DNA of 64,000 bases from the NCBI GenBank assembly GCA_020053915.1, contig JAGVMG010000043.1, positions 7,184 through 71,183 of the forward strand, written 5' to 3'. A model generated the notes under the pieces. It was not told the origin of the DNA and made no database searches. It saw nothing but the letters and a program-made list of their open reading frames with translations. Each line of letters opens with the position of its first letter. Position 1 is the stretch's first letter. A program made the position numbers and the translations under genes. This document shows positions 1 to 9,164 of the stretch, piece by piece. Source of the stretch: Parachlamydiales bacterium. Its GTDB lineage: Bacteria; Chlamydiota; Chlamydiia; Chlamydiales; Rhabdochlamydiaceae.

Positions 1-8
1 GTGGCAGA

Positions 9-1220
9 ATGAGGTTGTTTAGTATTTTCGCAACTATCGCAATCATGTGTTTTGAATTTGCGAATTGCTTGGCATCTACCTCTGCTCCACATCTTAAGGA
101 CTCTCGATTGTATGAACTGGCCAATGAGGTTACGGTTAAGGTTGGACAGAAGTTGAAGAAGGATCGGCCCATCTATTTAATTGGAATGGGAGGGGACACG
201 ACGTCAGATATAAAAATGATGACAGCATGTTTTCAATATTATCAAGAAGTCGATCTTCAACAAGCGAGAGAACTTGTTTTAGGAGTAGTGGGTGACTACT
301 TAGCGGTCATCAACAATAGTGCTGAAATACGGCCATACTTACATGAATATCCCTTTACTGCAAAAAATCTGCTAATCCAAATTTGGACCTATAAATCGGA
401 TGGACATCGACTTCCTCCTGATCAAATTCAAGCAATTGATGTTATTGATGGAGTCATAACATATTACCAGCATCTTCCAGAGACGTACGTTCGTAAAGCT
501 GTTTGTAAGGAGTCTTATGAACAAGCAGTGCAGTTGATTGCTGCGTCAAATAATGCAGAAACGGATCAAAATCCAAAAAAACGCAAGATGCTCCCTCGTT
601 CTGAAATCTTTTCTTCGGAAGATTGTAAATTTATAACTTTGCAAGGGGAGATTTCTGATGGGCGTTATTATGCTCCGCAGGGCGTTTTTTCTTGTCAGGC
701 CTTTGATTTCGGTGAAGGCGAATATAAGTCGCAAGATGTGCTTTTTGATGAAGCTGCGTGTGTTGGATTTTATGACTCTGAAGGGAATTTTAAAAAGGCT
801 GAGGTAATTTTTGATCCAGGACTTGAAAAGAGGCGTTTAGACGAGGCCGCACTTAAGATTGTATTTAACAATTTTGGTATTGGGATTCTTGAAAATGTAG
901 ATGATGCTGAAGGGATAGAGATTTTGGAGGAAGAAATGATTAACGGCTATATGTATTTTGTGGCGATTTCGATTAAGAAGATGTCGGTTTTAATAGCCTC
1001 AAACGGAGAGCATATGTCTTCAACTAGAGGGTACTTAGTCTTCCAGGATAAAGATAAGTATGTTTTGCTGAGCAATCAAGAAGTCACTCTTCCAGAGCAA
1101 CTCCATAATCCTAAAAAACATCTCAAAAAACTTAAGCGTGAAATTCTTGAATTTAGAAAGACTTTTGAATTCGGCTCTAGCCCTGCTGTTTTATCGGAGG
1201 ATAAAAAAGAAACGGCGTAG
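9..1220 (+). CDS. hypothetical protein, probable signal peptide
   Basis: 403-aa ORF with ATG at 9. The N-terminus MRLFSIFATIAIMCFEFANCLAS is signal-peptide-like. No family recognised. Confidence 0.55.
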   Translation: MRLFSIFATIAIMCFEFANCLASTSAPHLKDSRLYELANEVTVKVGQKLKKDRPIYLIGMGGDTTSDIKMMTACFQYYQEVDLQQARELVLGVVGDYLAVINNSAEIRPYLHEYPFTAKNLLIQIWTYKSDGHRLPPDQIQAIDVIDGVITYYQHLPETYVRKAVCKESYEQAVQLIAASNNAETDQNPKKRKMLPRSEIFSSEDCKFITLQGEISDGRYYAPQGVFSCQAFDFGEGEYKSQDVLFDEAACVGFYDSEGNFKKAEVIFDPGLEKRRLDEAALKIVFNNFGIGILENVDDAEGIEILEEEMINGYMYFVAISIKKMSVLIASNGEHMSSTRGYLVFQDKDKYVLLSNQEVTLPEQLHNPKKHLKKLKREILEFRKTFEFGSSPAVLSEDKKETA

Positions 1221-1267
1221 AGATCAATTGATTATGCCGAACATGCTTAAAAATTAAATTGAGTGAT

Positions 1268-2341
1268 ATGATGAAAAAGAAAGTTTTTGTTTTAGTTATG
1301 TCTGTTCTCGCCATTATCAATAGTGGGCTACATGCTCTTGAATCGTTAGGTGATTTTCCTCTTGAAACCGTTATTCTGAAATTACCTGACAATAGCGAAT
1401 CAAATTGGAAAGAAATTGCTCGGCGTGTTGAAAAAAAAAGTGGGATAATTGAGACCATTCCTTTGAGCCAAACAGTTAAGAATTGGTTGGAATTAATTTG
1501 TATTCAGTATTTTGACAGCTCTGAGTGGGATAAGAAAGCGAGAAATTCGATTAGTTGTATTCTTGATAAGCTCCGAAAAGAAACTTTGAGATCATATCCT
1601 GAAAATACGGTGACTTGGAAAATCATTGAAAAAGACAAGCGCAGTGCCATTTATGAATGGATCTTACTTAAACCCTATAATAATATTCCAGTGCAACATG
1701 AGATAGCGCGAGGATTTTTAACAAAAACTGGCTTTCACCGCGTGGGGTATACAAAGAAAAATGAGCAGATGAATTCTGAAGAAAGAGAAAAATGGATTAA
1801 ATTGCTAAAAAATAATGCTTCCGTTGTCCCTTTTCGAGAAGGGGCCTGCATTGAGGGGTTATCAATGGTCGATAAACTTAAAGATTCGGTAGCTTTAGGC
1901 GCTAATTTTCAAAATTGGAAAATAATTGATAGCTTTGTCAACGCAAATGGATGTGCACTTAACACCTATATTCCTCCCATGGAAGATTGTCCAAGTGTAA
2001 CAGAAGGTCTTGAGACTTTTACAATGCCAACCACTGTTATTTCTTCTGTTACTAAATTCTTTGAGATAGAAAAAGAAGGCCTTAGAAGCAAAGTGGGGGT
2101 AGATGTTGAATGTCATGTCCTTGAACAATCTCCATCGGAAATAATCTATAGCTATTGTCACCCTAAAGATCATCTCCAGTGCAACGCTGTAGTTAGAACA
2201 TTTCTTACGGATCGTGGGTATTATTCCATAAGCTACAAACATGGTCTTATGGGGGAAATGTCGAAAGAGGAAATCTTAGAATGGAAAGAGAAGCTGAAAA
2301 CAATCTTGGTGGAGGTTCCTTCGATTAAAGACCGAGGTTAG
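1268..2341 (+). CDS. hypothetical protein, probable signal peptide
   Basis: Long ORF. ATG ATG at 1268/1271 is more likely than TTG at 1259. N-terminus MMKKKVFVLVMSVLAIINSGLHA. The stop overlaps the convergent ATPase stop (TTAG at 2338-2341). Confidence 0.55.
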   Translation: MMKKKVFVLVMSVLAIINSGLHALESLGDFPLETVILKLPDNSESNWKEIARRVEKKSGIIETIPLSQTVKNWLELICIQYFDSSEWDKKARNSISCILDKLRKETLRSYPENTVTWKIIEKDKRSAIYEWILLKPYNNIPVQHEIARGFLTKTGFHRVGYTKKNEQMNSEEREKWIKLLKNNASVVPFREGACIEGLSMVDKLKDSVALGANFQNWKIIDSFVNANGCALNTYIPPMEDCPSVTEGLETFTMPTTVISSVTKFFEIEKEGLRSKVGVDVECHVLEQSPSEIIYSYCHPKDHLQCNAVVRTFLTDRGYYSISYKHGLMGEMSKEEILEWKEKLKTILVEVPSIKDRG

Positions 2342-3790
2342 CGCTGTTTAAACAGGTCTTTTAGTTCTACTTGGTTTGAAACGAGTTCTTCGCTCCACAG
2401 ATTTTTTTTCACGCCATTGACTGTGATGAGTGCCAAGGATAATTGCTTGGATGTTATTGTCTTGGATTGGAAAACATCCAGTTTGCTTTTGAGGTCTTTC
2501 GCATAGCTCTTATCGATCTCATATTTATTTGTGCTGTATTTGATTTCGCATAGAGTTACAGCATCGTCTTGTCGGTCAAAAAGGAGATCAATCTGCGCTC
2601 TTGATTCTTTACTTCCCTTTGAAGGAATATATCGCCAGTTTCCGATCTCACAGGCTATCGATTCTAAACGGAGGGCGCGAAGGATTTGGGGAAGGTGTTT
2701 CAGGCAGATACTTTCAAAAGCATAGCCCGACCAAGCAAGCCAACGGGGATTTCGGGTGCAAAGTTTCCAATAATTCGTTTGCGGGAAGCCTTTTTCGGCA
2801 ACAGGATCGATCCATGTAAGGTAATAGGATGAGTACTCGTCGATAACGCGGAAATATTGCTCTTTCTTTTTGTGTCGATAGGGGATAAAACCTTGGATGA
2901 ATCCGGCGGTCTGTAGCTCGTTTAATCGTTTGTTAAATGTTCCTCCTGAGGAAGCATTAAGTTTTCTGAGAAGCTCTTCTCTAGAAATGCCCTCTCTTTT
3001 GCTGGCAATTTCACGGACAATTCGTAAGTTGAGCTCTGCATTTTGGAAAAGGGATTCAAACAGACGCTTAAATTCTGTAAATAAAACGCCGTTCATGTCA
3101 AAACAGATTTCCTGAATATTCTGTTCTGCAGACTTTCCCGCTTCGACGTAGTTTAAGTAATAAGGGATGCCTCCTATGCTCATATAGAGATCGAGGAGCT
3201 GTTTTTCACTGAGCCGTACTTTTCGAGACAGGAGATATTCTTGAGTTTCGTAGAGATTGAGTGGCATAAGCTGAATTGTGCGTGTCAGACGATTATGAAG
3301 CCCCCCTCGGGCATTAATTAAGTGTTCTAGCATCCAGCTAGCCGCAGAACCGCATAAAATGACCTTAATATTTGGCATGCGGCTCCAATAGGAATTCCAG
3401 AAATAATCGAGGGCTTGGATAAATCCGGATTTATGTGTCGCTAGCCAGGGGAGTTCATCAAAAAAAAGAAGGTGTTTTTTGGTAGGGCTTTTTTCTATTT
3501 CTCGCGTGAGGAGCGTGAGAGCATCTCGCCAACTTTTGAGAGGGAGTAATTCGACCCCTGAGTAGAAGGTTCTAGAGAAGCTCTCAGCAAAGTTTTTTAA
3601 TTGTTCAGTTGGAGAGGAGTTTTTTTTTCCAGTGAGTTCAAAGTAGTTACCTTGAGACTCGAAAAATTCCCGGACCAAAAACGTTTTTCCGACCCGCCGT
3701 CTGCCGTAAACGGCAACGAGTTCAGCTTTTTTGGAGGCCTAAATTTTTTGGAGACGCTAGCTCTTTTTTTCGATCGATGATTTTTTTCAT
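2338..3790 (-). pseudogene. AAA+ ATPase of the DUF234 / archaeal-ATPase type, interrupted by a 1-nt frameshift near the 5' end
   Basis: The Walker A motif VAVYGRRRVGKTFLV is encoded in frame upstream of the tracked ORF start (3678), but that frame is closed by TAG with no start codon. A separate frame starts at ATG 3790 (MKKIIDRKKELASPKNLGLQKS*) and ends just where the Walker A frame begins. The two frames join across the T6/A6 run at 3727-3732. Confidence 0.7.
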
Positions 3791-3804
3791 AGAGGAGCCT
3801 GTGC

Positions 3805-3897
3805 GATTTGGCTGAGTATTACTGGTCTATTCTCAGCCAAATCTTTTTGGCGACAGAGATTTGGCTGATTATAGCTGGTCTATACTCAGCCAAATCT
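3805..3897. repeat. two tandem ~40-nt palindromic (hairpin) units
   Basis: Unit 1 (3805-3843): GATTTGGCTGAG-N15-CTCAGCCAAATC. Unit 2 (3857-3897): AGATTTGGCTGA-N17-TCAGCCAAATCT. The units are near-identical, separated by a 13-nt spacer, and lie immediately upstream of the ATPase ATG. Confidence 0.75.
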
Positions 3898-4057
3898 CTG
3901 GTAGACATGATATAGATGCTCATTTTCTTATGCACTGTTGTTAACCATGCTTTGTCTTCAGATGGGGATATCCGCGTCTTGAATTTTTCTCAGTATTTGG
4001 ATAAATTGGTTCAGTTGAGCCACTGTTTTTTTTTGGTTTTTTATGAAAGGTATATAG

Positions 4058-5107
4058 ATGCTGCAAAAAAAAGTTTGTCTGGCAAGTGATAATTGGCCTC
4101 CCGCTCATCCTTTAATCTTGAAGGCTGTCGTTGAGGCGAATGAGGGACATGCCCCTTCATATGGTTCTGATCCGTGGACTGAGGAGGCTCAACGGTTAAT
4201 TCAAGAAGCGTTTAAACGGCCGTGCAAGGTGTTCATGGTGCCAATTGGGACTGGAGCTAATGTTTTTGCGCTTAAACTCTCTTGTCGTGCCTATGAATCG
4301 ATTATTTGTACGGATATTGCCCATATTCATTATCAAGAATCTGGCGCTGCCGAAGCGGTTGTTGGTTGTAAGCTGTTAACTGTTCCTCATCAAGCGGGGA
4401 AGTTGACTGTAGATAGCGTGGTAAAAAAATTAAAATCTGAGAGGGCTTTTGGAAAACATTCTACCTCTCCTCGGGTTTTATCCATTACGCAGCCTACCGA
4501 AGTGGGAACTGTCTATAGTCTTGAAGAACTTAGGTCCTTATCCAAATTATGTAAGGAGGAGGGGTTGCTTCTTCATATTGACGGAAGTCGTCTGTATAAT
4601 GCAGCGGTAAGTCTGAATGTCAATTTGAGTGAGATTGTCGATGCTTCATCTGCTGATATTCTCTCGTTGGGAGGGACTAAAAATGGGTTGCTAGGCGCTG
4701 AATCCCTTGTCATTTTCAATTCTGATTTGCAAGAGGGGAGTGATCATCTACAAAAACAAACGCTGCAGTTACTCTCAAAAATGCGTTATCTTTCTGCGCA
4801 ATACATTCCCTTCTTCAAAACTGATTTGTGGCGGACCCTTGCTAGTGCAGCAAATAAAAAAGCACAAGAAATTGCATCTATCATAGAAACCATTCCTCAG
4901 CTTTCTTTAAGCTATCCCGTTGAAACCAATCAGATTTTTTTCAAAGTGCCAGCTTCTTGGATTCCACTCATCCAGGAGAACATTTTTTGCTACCTCTGGG
5001 ATAAGGAGAAAAATGAAATTCGATTCATTGCCTCATGGAATACCTCGGAGCAGGATGTGATCGATGTAAAATCGGCTCTTTTGGAGATCTCTCAAACTTT
5101 AGCTTAA
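4058..5107 (+). CDS. ltaE: low-specificity threonine aldolase / beta-eliminating lyase family (PLP enzyme)
   Basis: 349 aa. The overall pattern fits the family (SDNWPPAHP, SITQPTEVGTVYS, HIDGSRL, GGTKNG with the putative PLP lysine). Confidence 0.75.
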   Translation: MLQKKVCLASDNWPPAHPLILKAVVEANEGHAPSYGSDPWTEEAQRLIQEAFKRPCKVFMVPIGTGANVFALKLSCRAYESIICTDIAHIHYQESGAAEAVVGCKLLTVPHQAGKLTVDSVVKKLKSERAFGKHSTSPRVLSITQPTEVGTVYSLEELRSLSKLCKEEGLLLHIDGSRLYNAAVSLNVNLSEIVDASSADILSLGGTKNGLLGAESLVIFNSDLQEGSDHLQKQTLQLLSKMRYLSAQYIPFFKTDLWRTLASAANKKAQEIASIIETIPQLSLSYPVETNQIFFKVPASWIPLIQENIFCYLWDKEKNEIRFIASWNTSEQDVIDVKSALLEISQTLA

Positions 5108-5153
5108 GTCCCTTTCTTTTGAGGGCTATTGGTATCCATGCACAAAATCTAAC

Positions 5154-5924
5154 TTAGGACGACATCTCGCATAGGATATTGAAGATGAAGTGCAGGTTGA
5201 TCGTGTGGACCAGATTGGCAGGGTTTAAATCTACGAGGCTGCCGTATAAGAGTCCTCCGATCAAATGTGAAATGAGATCTTTGCTGTTGCAATTGAGAGC
5301 ATCATGATGGATTGCAGCGAAAAATAGAGCCACTACGGCGACGCGGGCGATGCGTGAGAGGGCTGAGTTGACCATTTTTGCGTGTGTGGGCGAGATTGTT
5401 TCGATGATCTTTTGGGGTATTTTTTTTAAGAGGCAGTGTTGGATGATTCCTCGAAAAAAGATCTCTTCCCAAACAGGTGTTCCTATTTCAGAGCGCGCAA
5501 AATTTTTTGCTCCTGGAATGTAGGTGATGATTTTTGACTCTGCTGAGAGGATCGCATTTCTTGCTATTGTGATGCTTTGGGTAGGTAGCCATTTCACTAA
5601 ACAGATTTCCGAACGTGCCACCAGGGCGCCAATCTTAGGCGATAAGTAATAGTCGCAAAAACTGGCTCCTATCGTTAGCGCTGCTGTAGATAGAAAACTC
5701 AATGCTGGGGAGAGTTTGCGTGTTTTGGAGGTTAGAGGGGGTTCGTCAAAGGGGTTATGCGTTACGTCTGCAAAAGGGTTTTCAGGATATTCTTCAAATT
5801 GGGATGTGTCGGTCGGTGCATCAAAGGGGTTTGAAGAGAGATCTTCGAATTCTGCGTCCCATGGCGTATTGAGCCAATCTGTGGGTAAATGTGCTGATGT
5901 TGCAGATGTTTTTATAGCGGACAT
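5154..5924 (-). CDS. CPBP (CAAX/Abi) family intramembrane glutamic endopeptidase with an acidic N-terminal extension
   Basis: EEIFFRG (EExxxR) and FAAIHH motifs within multiple hydrophobic segments. The first ~65 aa are acidic and contain 3 NPF motifs. Confidence 0.8.
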   Translation of the reverse strand: MSAIKTSATSAHLPTDWLNTPWDAEFEDLSSNPFDAPTDTSQFEEYPENPFADVTHNPFDEPPLTSKTRKLSPALSFLSTAALTIGASFCDYYLSPKIGALVARSEICLVKWLPTQSITIARNAILSAESKIITYIPGAKNFARSEIGTPVWEEIFFRGIIQHCLLKKIPQKIIETISPTHAKMVNSALSRIARVAVVALFFAAIHHDALNCNSKDLISHLIGGLLYGSLVDLNPANLVHTINLHFIFNILCEMSS

Positions 5925-6209
5925 TATTTGCCTATTTTTCTGTATTTATTTTTACTATTTTACGTAAAATGTAATTAAAAATATATGCAAATCATAATTC
6001 TATATTAATACTTTCCGATTGTTTTTATAACAAAGGCTGTCTGTTGAAGAATTTGGACTTATCATTTTAAAAATCAGTTGCTTAAGAAGTGTTATTTATT
6101 TGCCTTGTAACATAAGTCGTTGTGCTTTTAAGGCTTGCGTCTAGCCTCCTAGGAAGTCTACCAAGGGCTGGAGACCGCGCTAGTGTCTGGAAATCTTGCA
6201 ATCCACTTT

Positions 6210-6683
6210 CTAAAGATCTTTCATGTCGAGTTTCATTTGATAATGAAGGACGGGATGCCAGGGAGCGATAAACTCTTCGATAATGCGGAATCCTGCCTTT
6301 TTGTACACATGGATGGCGCGGGAATTGCTGGCTTCTGGATCGATAAAGACTTCTTTTTTATGAGGGAATTGGATGGTGAGAAATTGTTGGATCAATGGGA
6401 CTGCTAATCCTTTGCCCAAGTGGGAGATCTCGCAGATAAACAGGTCTAGAGTGAGAGCATCCTCTCCTTTATCTGAGGTGAGTAGATAGGCAAAGGGGGT
6501 GTTGTGTTCGTAGGCGATCCAATGTTGTCCCCATGAAGTGCCTTCAAAAAAATGACCTAGATCTTCTAAGAGGTTTGTTAAGCCTTGGCCATGGAGCCAT
6601 TCTTTAATGTGGTCTTGGGTCAGCCAGCGATGGACGAGTGGAAGTTGTGCATGTTCTATGGGTTTGAATGTGAAGTTTGTCAT
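6210..6683 (-). CDS. GNAT family N-acetyltransferase
   Basis: 157 aa. The C-terminal A..VYKKAGF pattern and overall size are typical of GNAT. 4-nt overlap with the upstream NUDIX gene. Confidence 0.75.
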   Translation of the reverse strand: MTNFTFKPIEHAQLPLVHRWLTQDHIKEWLHGQGLTNLLEDLGHFFEGTSWGQHWIAYEHNTPFAYLLTSDKGEDALTLDLFICEISHLGKGLAVPLIQQFLTIQFPHKKEVFIDPEASNSRAIHVYKKAGFRIIEEFIAPWHPVLHYQMKLDMKDL

Positions 6684-7138
6684 TTCAGTTTTATCCGTTT
6701 GTCATAGAATTTCAGTGCTTCTATACCTCCCAGGATGAGGGGGAGTTGAAGTGCTTGGTCAAATTGTAACCATTTTTCTTCTACATGTTCATCTAAAGCA
6801 ACATTCAGAAGAGGCTTTTCTTCAAACCGGAAGCGGAAGATGTGAAAGACATACTCAATATGAGTAAGTCGGATAAAGAGTTTTCCCACTTCTAGGAGCT
6901 CGGGAGTGTCGATTGCAAGGCCGATTTCTTCTTGTACTTCGCGGATAACCGCATCGCGTGGGCTTTCGCCTTTTTCTAACTTGCCGCCGGGAATTCCCCA
7001 CGTATTGCCCTGTGGTTTGTTAGGATGTCTTTTAAGAAAAAGAAGTTTCTCTTCCCATTCACAATAGCAACCGGCGCCTTGAGTCTCTTGAGAAAAATCA
7101 CTGGGGGGAGTTTCGTAAATGGTATAGTTTTTTGTCAT
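6680..7138 (-). CDS. NUDIX hydrolase
   Basis: Nudix box GGKLEKGESPRDAVIREVQEEIGL. 4-nt overlaps on both sides. Confidence 0.85.
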   Translation of the reverse strand: MTKNYTIYETPPSDFSQETQGAGCYCEWEEKLLFLKRHPNKPQGNTWGIPGGKLEKGESPRDAVIREVQEEIGLAIDTPELLEVGKLFIRLTHIEYVFHIFRFRFEEKPLLNVALDEHVEEKWLQFDQALQLPLILGGIEALKFYDKRIKLK

Positions 7139-7788
7139 TTATAGCTCGTGACTTTAAGAAAATCGAGGAGGCTTGGGAGATGAGGGATGGCTGTAGCGGT
7201 GTGTTTTTCGAATTCTTCGAGGGTAATGAGGCCAGTAGCGACGCCGATGAAATGGAAGCCTGCACCTCGTGCTGCGAGGAGGTCATTGAGGTGGTCTCCG
7301 ACATAGAGGACTTCGTGGGGGAGGATGTTCTGGGTGGAAAGCCAGTTAAGGGTGGGGGTGAAGACTTGAGGGTCGGGTTTGTGGACGGGTGTATCGTCTT
7401 CTGTTTGGAGGTAATCAAAGAGGGAGGAGGAGATGCCGAGGGTTTCGAAGTCGTGGAGGAGATTGGATCTAGTGGAGCCGGTGACAAGTCCGATGCGGAG
7501 GTGGGTAGTGCGGAGTGTGGTGAGGGTTTCTAACGTGCCGGTAAAGAGTTGTTTGGGAAATTGGGTGCGGTGTGCGGTGTTGTAGACGAAGGCTTGGTCC
7601 ATGTCGTCTGTTTCATAGAGGGCTTGCATGATGGAGCCGAGGGATCTTCCCCAGTGGGCGCGGAGTTGATCGTCTGTGATGGTTTTGTTGTAGAAGGTCT
7701 TTGCGACGTGTTTGTGCTGTGCCCATTTTGCTTGGATGGTGCCGACGAGGGTGTCATCGTGGTCGAAGAAGATGGCTTTTAGGGTCAT
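7135..7788 (-). CDS. HAD superfamily hydrolase (phosphatase-like)
   Basis: N-terminal FFDHDDTLV (DxDxT-type motif), LVTGS, and C-terminal YVGDHLND. First gene of an overlapping three-gene unit. Confidence 0.8.
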   Translation of the reverse strand: MTLKAIFFDHDDTLVGTIQAKWAQHKHVAKTFYNKTITDDQLRAHWGRSLGSIMQALYETDDMDQAFVYNTAHRTQFPKQLFTGTLETLTTLRTTHLRIGLVTGSTRSNLLHDFETLGISSSLFDYLQTEDDTPVHKPDPQVFTPTLNWLSTQNILPHEVLYVGDHLNDLLAARGAGFHFIGVATGLITLEEFEKHTATAIPHLPSLLDFLKVTSYK

Positions 7789-7790
7789 GG

Positions 7791-8346
7791 TTAAACTTTA
7801 TGCTCCGCGTAGAAGACTTCAGTCATGTTTTTGATGAAAGGAACTTCGTGGTTAGCGAGATGGAGTTGATAGAGGTGTCCATCTAGTGCGATTTTTGCAG
7901 CGCCTTTCTGTTCTTTATAAACTCGAACTTCAACTTCTCCCTGTAGATAAAAAGGATCCACTCCTTTCTCTTGGAGATAGACGGATAGGGGGTGTGGGCT
8001 TGGGGAGGTCATGGCATTATAGCATGCACGTGGGAAAAGAGTGAGGAGTCGTAAGGGAATGAGTCCCACATCTCCAACGAATGCGATAAGAGCTGTGAAA
8101 TGAAAGAGGTTTTTTGTTGGGGAGTATTCCATGTGGGATAAGGGGAACAAGACGTCGGAGATAAAATGTGTCAAATCTGTACGGATGGGCATCAGTGCCG
8201 CTTGCCAAATTCCGGCCATGTTTTTTTTGTCTCTGCATAGAAGATTGGCGCGTCTGTATTCTTCTGGATCGGAAAGAGGGAGAACATGATGGGCGCGTTC
8301 GTCACTGCCGATTTTAATTTTGCTAATCGAAAGATTGTAGCTCATG
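7791..8346 (-). CDS. hypothetical protein
   Basis: ORF. Preferred start is ATG 8346, preceded by AAGGAG (MSYNLSISKIK...). No family recognised. Confidence 0.5.
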
Positions 8347-8582
8347 TAAATCTCCTTTTTAAAAGAGATAGTATAACATGAAAAGAAGAGTAGATGCAAC
8401 CGGTTTGATTGACAAAAAACGTGCAGAAACAAAATCATGCTCTCGTTTTAGATTTGTTTCGTGTTAATAATCAGTAGTTTATGATTGGATTGCACAAAAG
8501 TTATGGAAACTATAACATTTGTGTATGGACTGAACTTGTACTCGTGGGGTGCCAAGTCTGGTTATTTAAAGGAGGGACCTCC

Positions 8583-9164
8583 ATGGATCAACTTCAAGAT
8601 GCGCTTTTTGCGGTAGCAGACCGTCAGCAGGGGTATTTTACTTCTCAGCAAGCGCAAGAGTGCGGGTTTGCACGTTCTAATTTTCACTATCGATTGCGCT
8701 CTGGAGAATGGGAAAAGGCCCAAAGGGGGATTTATAGACTTGCGCGATATCCAGTTACCGAACGAGGCGAATTAGTCCTTTGGATGCTGTGGAGTCGGGA
8801 TAAAGGAGGCAATTCTCAAGGAGTATGGTCTCATGAAACTGCTCTAGATATTCACGAGCTCAGTGATGTCATGCCTTCTAAAATGCATATGACGGTTCCT
8901 CTGCGTTTTCGCAAGCGAATCGAGATTCCAAAAATTCTAAAATTGCATTTTGAAGATCTTTTTAAGGAGGACGTTGAAATTCGTCAAGGTTATCGAGTAA
9001 CGACTCCTTTAAGAACTTTACTCGATATCATTAAAGCAGAAAGCGTTTCTCAAGATCATATTATTCAGGCTATAAAAGAAGGGATTCAAAGAGGAATTCT
9101 AATTTTACAGGATATGGCTAAACACCCAGAATTCGAAAAGTACACACATGGATACAAAATTTAA
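8583..9164 (+). CDS. AbiEi-like antitoxin / transcriptional regulator (type IV TA)
   Basis: Start ATG 8583 after GGAGG. The N-terminus DALFAVADRQQGYFTSQQAQECGFARSNFHYRLRSGEWEKAQRGIYRL matches my memory of the AbiEi_4 winged-helix domain. Overlaps the downstream gene by 17 nt. Confidence 0.7.
   Translation: MDQLQDALFAVADRQQGYFTSQQAQECGFARSNFHYRLRSGEWEKAQRGIYRLARYPVTERGELVLWMLWSRDKGGNSQGVWSHETALDIHELSDVMPSKMHMTVPLRFRKRIEIPKILKLHFEDLFKEDVEIRQGYRVTTPLRTLLDIIKAESVSQDHIIQAIKEGIQRGILILQDMAKHPEFEKYTHGYKI

Noticed and set aside
7098-7788. Several 75-133-aa ORFs (7098-7487 minus, 7132-7533 plus, 7530-7757 minus, 7549-7782 plus) overlapping the HAD hydrolase gene
   Set aside because: All lie inside or antisense to a gene with clear HAD motifs. 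Their translations are low-complexity (Ser/Pro/Thr-rich or Gly/Glu/Val-rich), as expected from alternative frames of a GC-richer coding stretch.
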